NCBI GenBank assembly: GCA_049472335.1
Contig: JBLIRO010000058.1
Span: 1 to 32,967 of the forward strand
Origin: a bacterium
GTDB taxonomy: Bacteria; SZUA-182; DTGQ01; JAFGSM01
DNA: 32,967 nt
Direction: 5' to 3'
Shown piece by piece: positions 27,338 to 32,967 of the stretch. The notes under the pieces are model-generated. The model did not search any database. It was given only the letters and a program-made list of their open reading frames with translations, and was not told the DNA's origin. The position numbers were made by a program, and so were the translations under genes. Position 1 is the stretch's first letter, and each line of letters starts with the position of its first letter.

Positions 27338-30268
27338 TTACCCTTGGTTCGGGTATAGGCTTTTTGCTTGGTTCAATAACTTCAATCCCTCTTGATTACT
27401 AGGGTCCAAGCGCAGTGCCTCTTTGAGCTCATTTATTGACCCTTCATAGTTCTTAAGATAAAAAAAGGCAACCCCCAGATTATAATGGACCTTAGGATTC
27501 TCAGGATCTAGCTTCTCGGCCCTTTGCCAGAATTTAATGGCTCCTTCAATATCACCTTTTTTATAAAGTGCAGTGCCTAAATTTATTAATGCATCCAGAT
27601 GGTCCGGTTTGAGCGCTAAAAGCCTTTCCAAGATGTTAATGGCCTTATCGATCTTGTTTTGTCTAAGGTAAGCATTACCGATATGAAGGTATGGTCCATC
27701 AAGGTCCGGCTTCACTTCTCCAGCCCTTTCCCAAAGGGAGATGGCCTCATCGTATTCCCCTCTCTGAAATTTCATGGTTGCCATATTCATCAAAGGCAGA
27801 GGATCTTCAGGATTACATTTGTATCCTTTCTCCCAGGTATTTAAAGCTTCCTCCCAATTCCCTATATCGTAATAAAACTGTCCTATTTTAAGAATGGTTT
27901 GACAATGACAAGGATTAAATTTTAATGCCTTATTCCAGGAATCTAATGCATCATTAAAACGAGTGAGCCCTAGATAGACCTGCCCCATTAAAAAATATAG
28001 ATCAGCAGATTTTGGCCCTGTCTCTAATGCTTTCTCAAATGCATGCAGGGCATGTTCATATTTAGCCTGATCCAGGTAGAGAATCCCAAGACGAGCCCAT
28101 GCCTCAGTATTGGCACTTGGATTAAGCTCTATTGCCTTTAAATATAAATCCCTCGCGCTTTGATATTCTTTCTTATGAAAATGTACACTACCTAAGTTAA
28201 TCAAACCCTCAAAATAAGAAGGTCTTATACGTATCGCCTCCTTAAATACCGCCTCAGCCTTGTCATATTTCCCCTGTGAGAGGTATACACTTCCAAGGTT
28301 ATTCAGGGCTTCAGGACTGTTTGAATCTATGGACAGAGCCTTTTCAAAAGCCCTTATGGCCTCCGCATACCTTCTCTTTCGATGCTGAACGACTCCCAAG
28401 TTATTATTTGCTTCAAGGTGATTTGGTTCTATTTCCAATGCCTCTTTAAGATATACCTCTGCCTTGTCAAGCGCCCCTTGATCAATGGCAAGTTGGCCTA
28501 ATTGATTGAGAGCATCCGTATATTTGGGATTAAGAAATAAGGCCCCCTTTGCCGCCTTAACAGCTTCATCATAATGCCCCTTCTGTTTGAGCACAACACT
28601 CAGATTATAATAAACCTCCGGATATTCAGCCTGTTTCAGTGCAAGTTCAAATTCCATGACAGCCTTATCCAGGTTGCCCTGCTTATGATAAATAACTCCA
28701 AGATGATTGTGTACATCCAGATAGTGGGTAGACAGTTTAAGAACATCTCTGAACAAATGGTCTGCCTCTTCGAGATTGCCTAACCTTTCTTCAACGGATG
28801 CAAGATAAAAAAGGACAGAGGCATTATCCGGATTTATTTTCAGAACCTTCTGAAACTCTTTCTGTGCCTTCTCATAAAAACCCATATATATGTATGATAC
28901 ACCCCGGTCTATCCTCTCAAGGAGTTTAATCATATCCTTGGGATCAGGCCTTTCATCGGATATATCAGAAGCCTCCGACCATACATACCCAAGGCTTAAA
29001 AGACGCTCCCTTACCTCGTCATCCAAATCCACACGGGACTCTATCTCGGGCCCTAAAGCCAACTTTAGCCTTTCCAGTTTCTTCTCCCACTTGCCTGCCT
29101 CAAGCGGATAGATGTTTTTTCTTTCTTTAGGGTCATTTGATAATTGATATAATTCTGGTTTGGAAGCCTTTATGTATTTCCAATCATCCGTCCTTATCCC
29201 TTCCACCCTGCCCCATCCAAAGTTAAGCTCCGGATAAAGGCTCTCACACAGTATCTCTTTATGAAGGGAATCTGTCTTCCCCATAATTAACGGTATGAGA
29301 CTCTTTCCTTCTATAGAAGCAATCCCCTTGTCTTTAATTGGCAAGGATAAAAGATCCATAACAGTAGGAAAAATGTCTAAAATAGAGACCATTGCATCTA
29401 CTCTTCTATATGGTAAGATGTCTTTTGGCGTTCGAATAATAAGGGGAACATGAAGGGTTGAATCATATATAAAAATCGCATGCGTAGGTTCTCCATGTTC
29501 TCCAAGCCCCTCTCCATGATCCGATGTAAGGATTATGATAGTCCCTTTCATCAATTCCATATCATTTAATCCCCGGATGAGATCGCCTATGCATTTATCT
29601 GTATATGCGATCTCACCGTCGTATAAGCGCCCTTTATATTCCTTGTCAAAAGGGCTCGGGGGTAGATAAATGGCATGGGGATCAAAATAGTGTAGCCACA
29701 TAAAAAATGGAAAGCCCTTATTTTTCTTTAGCCAATCTAATCCTGACTTCGTAACAGCCTCAGCCCTCCTCTCATTATCAAGCAGGGTTGCGCTCCTACC
29801 TCCTCTGGGAAGAAAATCATCATATAAATCAAATCCCTGATCCAATCCAAAAAGAGAATCCAACACAAAGGCCCCAACACAAGCCGCCGTTCGGTATCCA
29901 TTTGCCTTCATAACCTCAGCAAGGGTTAAAGCCTCTTTCCTTAAAATATAATTTCCATTGTTACGGACACCATGCTGAAATGGATAAGTCCCGGTCATAA
30001 TAGATACATGTGAAGGCAATGTTATGGGAACAGGCGTTAAGGCTTGAGAAAATAGAACTCCTTCTGATGCCAATCGGTCTATTGTGGGTGTTTCAATCTT
30101 TTTATACCCATAACATCCAAGATGGTCCGCTCTTAGAGTATCAATTGTAATAAGCAAAAGATTAAAGTTCGGCCCCTTTATTATGTGACCGTCTTTAGCA
30201 CATATTTGCTCAAATGCGACACCCAGAACCAATATTAAAGCCAGGAGAAAAAATCCGGGCCGCTTCAT
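27338..30268 (-). CDS. Exported sulfatase-like (AlkP superfamily) enzyme with a long C-terminal TPR array
   Basis: Signal peptide; NLLLITIDTLRADH, PITLPSHVSIMTG, WLHYFDPH, SDHGEGLGEH; more than a dozen TPRs; paralog of 273-2738. Confidence 0.9.
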   Translation of the reverse strand: MKRPGFFLLALILVLGVAFEQICAKDGHIIKGPNFNLLLITIDTLRADHLGCYGYKKIETPTIDRLASEGVLFSQALTPVPITLPSHVSIMTGTYPFQHGVRNNGNYILRKEALTLAEVMKANGYRTAACVGAFVLDSLFGLDQGFDLYDDFLPRGGRSATLLDNERRAEAVTKSGLDWLKKNKGFPFFMWLHYFDPHAIYLPPSPFDKEYKGRLYDGEIAYTDKCIGDLIRGLNDMELMKGTIIILTSDHGEGLGEHGEPTHAIFIYDSTLHVPLIIRTPKDILPYRRVDAMVSILDIFPTVMDLLSLPIKDKGIASIEGKSLIPLIMGKTDSLHKEILCESLYPELNFGWGRVEGIRTDDWKYIKASKPELYQLSNDPKERKNIYPLEAGKWEKKLERLKLALGPEIESRVDLDDEVRERLLSLGYVWSEASDISDERPDPKDMIKLLERIDRGVSYIYMGFYEKAQKEFQKVLKINPDNASVLFYLASVEERLGNLEEADHLFRDVLKLSTHYLDVHNHLGVIYHKQGNLDKAVMEFELALKQAEYPEVYYNLSVVLKQKGHYDEAVKAAKGALFLNPKYTDALNQLGQLAIDQGALDKAEVYLKEALEIEPNHLEANNNLGVVQHRKRRYAEAIRAFEKALSIDSNSPEALNNLGSVYLSQGKYDKAEAVFKEAIRIRPSYFEGLINLGSVHFHKKEYQSARDLYLKAIELNPSANTEAWARLGILYLDQAKYEHALHAFEKALETGPKSADLYFLMGQVYLGLTRFNDALDSWNKALKFNPCHCQTILKIGQFYYDIGNWEEALNTWEKGYKCNPEDPLPLMNMATMKFQRGEYDEAISLWERAGEVKPDLDGPYLHIGNAYLRQNKIDKAINILERLLALKPDHLDALINLGTALYKKGDIEGAIKFWQRAEKLDPENPKVHYNLGVAFFYLKNYEGSINELKEALRLDPSNQEGLKLLNQAKSLYPNQG

Positions 30269-30306
30269 TCTTCTATATCCTTTTAATATAAAACTTCTAT
30301 ATATAT

Positions 30307-30344
30307 CTGCCCCCTATCAATAATATCAATAAGACAGGGGGCAG
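30307..30344 (-). terminator. GC-rich stem-loop between the 30389 gene and the sulfatase-like gene
   Basis: CTGCCCCCT (30307-30315) / AGGGGGCAG (30336-30344); no strong U-tract on the minus strand, so possibly a partial terminator or mRNA stabiliser. Confidence 0.5.
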
Positions 30345-30388
30345 GTTCCTTTCATAAATTATCAATTCCGTACAGGCAATCCTTTCTT

Positions 30389-31273
30389 CTATATAACCGC
30401 CGGAAGAAGGGTCAAAGTAAAAATCCCTTCATCTAGTATAGGCGTGGTTGTCCCATATACGGTATAAAAACCGTTCATCGTAGTTGGTGAAGTCAAATAA
30501 CAGGTTAATCCAATATTAAATCCGGTGAACAGGAATCCCTCCAGTGTAATCACATTGTTTACAAGCACACCGGCTACTTCCGTAAGCGCACTGGCATAGC
30601 GGCTACCCTGAAGTATGGTTGTTCCGGCCACTGTCCCTAACAAAGGATCTTCAATGATATTTAACATCATAGGCCCTGTGTTAAATAGCGCAACAAATGC
30701 TATATATGTACTCGTCCAGGTCCCTGTCCAGGTCCCTGTTTGAGCAGCAGTCCGTATCGGGGAAATAGCTCCCAGAGGGGCTGCCAATATGCCCGGGAAG
30801 CTGATTGATGGAGCTAAGGCCAAAGGATTTAAGGAATTAAGGCCTAAAAGTGAAAGATTCCCTAACGGGCTATTAAGCCCGAGGCCCAATCCCCCAAGAC
30901 TTAGAGCTGAATTGCCAAAGGTTGATGTGGGGTTACCAAAGGTCAAAGCCGTGTTCCCAAAACCCAAAACCGGATTAAAAGTGCTATTGCCCAATTGCGT
31001 TAAATTCCCAAAAAGGTTGCCCAGTCCAAAAGTGTCAAAACCCGCAGGGGAAAACAAAACCAGAGGATTTAATGCAGCAGCAGCCTTTATATTACTACTT
31101 GGCCAAAATACATAAGGATTGAAAAAACCTCCATATCCTATTGCAGTATTGGGCGGAGCAATGGTAAATCCCGTGAACTGGCTATCCACAACAGATGCAA
31201 CAAGAATACCCACACAAATAAGACATACAATAAGAATATATAGTGTTGTATGGTACCGGTATCTTACTTTCAT
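30389..31273 (-). CDS. Secreted protein: Pro/Gly/Leu/Phe-rich N-region, RTAAQ motif, beta-rich C-domain; paralog of 23913-24779
   Basis: SD GAGGTG; signal peptide VDS|QFT; IRTAAQTGTWTGTWTST. Confidence 0.8.
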   Translation of the reverse strand: MKVRYRYHTTLYILIVCLICVGILVASVVDSQFTGFTIAPPNTAIGYGGFFNPYVFWPSSNIKAAAALNPLVLFSPAGFDTFGLGNLFGNLTQLGNSTFNPVLGFGNTALTFGNPTSTFGNSALSLGGLGLGLNSPLGNLSLLGLNSLNPLALAPSISFPGILAAPLGAISPIRTAAQTGTWTGTWTSTYIAFVALFNTGPMMLNIIEDPLLGTVAGTTILQGSRYASALTEVAGVLVNNVITLEGFLFTGFNIGLTCYLTSPTTMNGFYTVYGTTTPILDEGIFTLTLLPAVI

Positions 31274-31371
31274 AAACATCACCTCTTAAAATCATTTCCC
31301 AATCTTCTAATTTCTAATCCTTAAACAATTTCTAATCAATAATGCACCGGCAATTAATAAATCCATAAAAA

Positions 31372-31812
31372 TTATAAGAAAATAGTTTGAAGTAACGCAT
31401 TGAGAAGCGGATTGGCCGACGTTAATGGACTCTCATAGAGAAGCGAGGCATATAAGGGAGCCAGAACCGACAGCAATGGAGTCGGCGCCGCAACCGCTGT
31501 AGTTGCAACCGTCGGAACAGCAGCCACTGTTGGATTAATAACACTAACCGTTCCAGCTGTAGGATTTGTTATGATGATCGTTGCTGCACCTACCCTGGGT
31601 AATATGGATGGAAGCGTTGGACTCACATATGGAAAAGGAGGATAAACCGGTGGAGCAAGCACAAGCGGAGGAAATACAGGTGGAAATATGGGGAAATAAG
31701 GATTTATCCCCAAAAAAGGAAAGGGATAAGGCACTTGAGATATCCCTCTTGTTGCAAGACTAAATATAATGAGCAAAACCATAATCGCTATTATAATATA
31801 ACCCTTTTTCAT
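31372..31812 (-). CDS. Secreted Pro-rich hydrophobic protein (Gln-start family)
   Basis: GGAGG SD; signal peptide GIS|QVP; LPRVGAATIII motif; C-terminal LLSVLAPLYAS...ANPLL. Confidence 0.75.
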   Translation of the reverse strand: MKKGYIIIAIMVLLIIFSLATRGISQVPYPFPFLGINPYFPIFPPVFPPLVLAPPVYPPFPYVSPTLPSILPRVGAATIIITNPTAGTVSVINPTVAAVPTVATTAVAAPTPLLSVLAPLYASLLYESPLTSANPLLNALLQTIFL

Positions 31813-31873
31813 TTCTAAAACCTCCCTTTATATAAATGAACTTGTATTGGCTCAAACCCATTTTACTTATTCC

Positions 31874-32458
31874 TCATAAGACCAAAGTGCTCAGATAAGC
31901 AAATAGCAGTGGATTGGCTGTTGAAAGTAAAGCCTTGCCGTCCAGAAGAGCGCTCGCATATAAAACAGCCAAAATACTCAAAAGCGGTGCAGGGGCCGGA
32001 GCTATAGTTGCTGTCGGTATAGATGCAGCTATAGCCGCCGTAGGAGTTACAACAGCGGGAGCTATTCCGGTAGGTACTGCCACAGTGGGTGCAATCACAC
32101 CCGTCGCTCCAATCAGGATCACCCCCGGGGCTGCGCTTACAGCAGTCAATGTGGGAGAGGTAAAGATGATAGTCGCATTGGGTCTACGCTGATACGGTGA
32201 CAAAATAGCCGGCGAAGGGGCCGTTATCGGACCAAATGGAAGGCCAAAACCCAAATTTACCCCGTAAAGAGGAGGAAAAATATTCGCCGAAGGAAAATAG
32301 CCTCCTCCAAATGGTATAAACGGAGAATAAAACGGATTGCTTATCCATGGGAAACCCCATGGCCCAAAAAGTGACTGGGCAAACCCCACATCAGCACTTA
32401 TCCCCGATAAAACCAGGATAATAATAATACAAAGCACCAAAAATTTTAAAACCTTCAT
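31874..32458 (-). CDS. Secreted Pro/Ala-rich hydrophobic protein (Gln-start family)
   Basis: GAGGTGA SD; signal peptide GFA|QSL; QRRPNATIIF motif; C-terminal LLSILAVLYAS...ANPLL. Confidence 0.75.
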   Translation of the reverse strand: MKVLKFLVLCIIIILVLSGISADVGFAQSLFGPWGFPWISNPFYSPFIPFGGGYFPSANIFPPLYGVNLGFGLPFGPITAPSPAILSPYQRRPNATIIFTSPTLTAVSAAPGVILIGATGVIAPTVAVPTGIAPAVVTPTAAIAASIPTATIAPAPAPLLSILAVLYASALLDGKALLSTANPLLFAYLSTLVL

Positions 32459-32541
32459 AAATTACTCACCTCTCAATCAAATTCATCCTCAAAACATTCA
32501 TTTCTCTCAATATCCAAAACAATCTAACAATTCATTCCGTA

Positions 32542-32919
32542 TTATTCCGCTAATGTTAAATAAAGAAGCAAAAATATCAATGTACTAGGGGTGAGATTAA
32601 GCGTTCCCAAAGGAGCGGCCGCGGTCACTGTGGGAGCAGCCGTAGGAATAATAATAGTGGCGGCAGCAGCGCGAGGGAATGTCGGCAGAATAGGATACGG
32701 GCTTAACACAGGACTTAAAATCGGAGCAGAAAGAGTGGGTAATGGAAGAATAAAAGGATTAAAAGTAAATGGATAGAATGTTGGATTAAATACAGATGGA
32801 ATAGGTGGATATGGAAAAAACTGGGCTGAACATGGAACAGCATATCCAAGTATAAACACAAATAAACCAATTATCAATACCATTGATACTACTAAGATTT
32901 TCAAGAATTCCGTTTTCAT
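32542..32919 (-). CDS. Secreted Pro-rich hydrophobic protein (Gln-start family)
   Basis: AAGGAG SD; signal peptide CSA|QFF; FPRAAAATIII motif. Confidence 0.75.
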   Translation of the reverse strand: MKTEFLKILVVSMVLIIGLFVFILGYAVPCSAQFFPYPPIPSVFNPTFYPFTFNPFILPLPTLSAPILSPVLSPYPILPTFPRAAAATIIIPTAAPTVTAAAPLGTLNLTPSTLIFLLLYLTLAE

Positions 32920-32967
32920 ATCATTATCTCCTTATGAATATCCCCATCATTGATCGATCAAGTACAT

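Noticed and set aside
32950..32961. Palindrome TTGATCGATCAA upstream of the last gene
   Set aside because: FNR-like half-sites but a 2-nt spacer instead of 4, and at the window edge; insufficient support.
1..32967. A complete DGR (RT, Avd, template repeat) in the window
   Set aside because: No reverse-transcriptase ORF and no second copy of the 2868-2990 sequence were seen; only a candidate target is reported.

Overview
AT-rich bacterial chromosomal window, probably from an anaerobe (Desulfobacterota-like or a related uncultured lineage; inferred from gene content). Recognisable housekeeping genes are a PpiC/PrsA-type foldase, a ClpX-like ATPase, an RNase Z-like MBL hydrolase, split transketolase plus transaldolase, a cold-shock protein, nifU-nifS and a double ferritin-like protein. 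The accessory content holds two candidate systems. (1) A KAP P-loop NTPase fused to an FGE/C-type-lectin-fold domain is interrupted by one in-frame TAG. Its 3' end looks like a diversity-generating retroelement (DGR) variable region followed by a pyrimidine-repeat tract and a GC palindrome, but no RT or template repeat is present in the window. (2) Eight secreted, nearly charge-free Pro/Phe/Leu/Ala-rich proteins all have Gln as the predicted first mature residue, and seven share an internal R-x-(A/G/P)-(A/N)-(A/Q) motif. Six of them surround a Thr-type sulfatase-like TPR enzyme. Also seen: an AbrB domain fused in frame to a second sulfatase-TPR, an internally deleted GxxExxY cassette with flanking inverted repeats, MITE-like GTAAAAAGTCATT ends, sigma54-type promoters and a GGDEF-AAA-HEAT protein with a tandem duplicated domain. 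No rRNA, tRNA, CRISPR array or intact transposase was seen. All calls come from motif reading only; no database searches were run.
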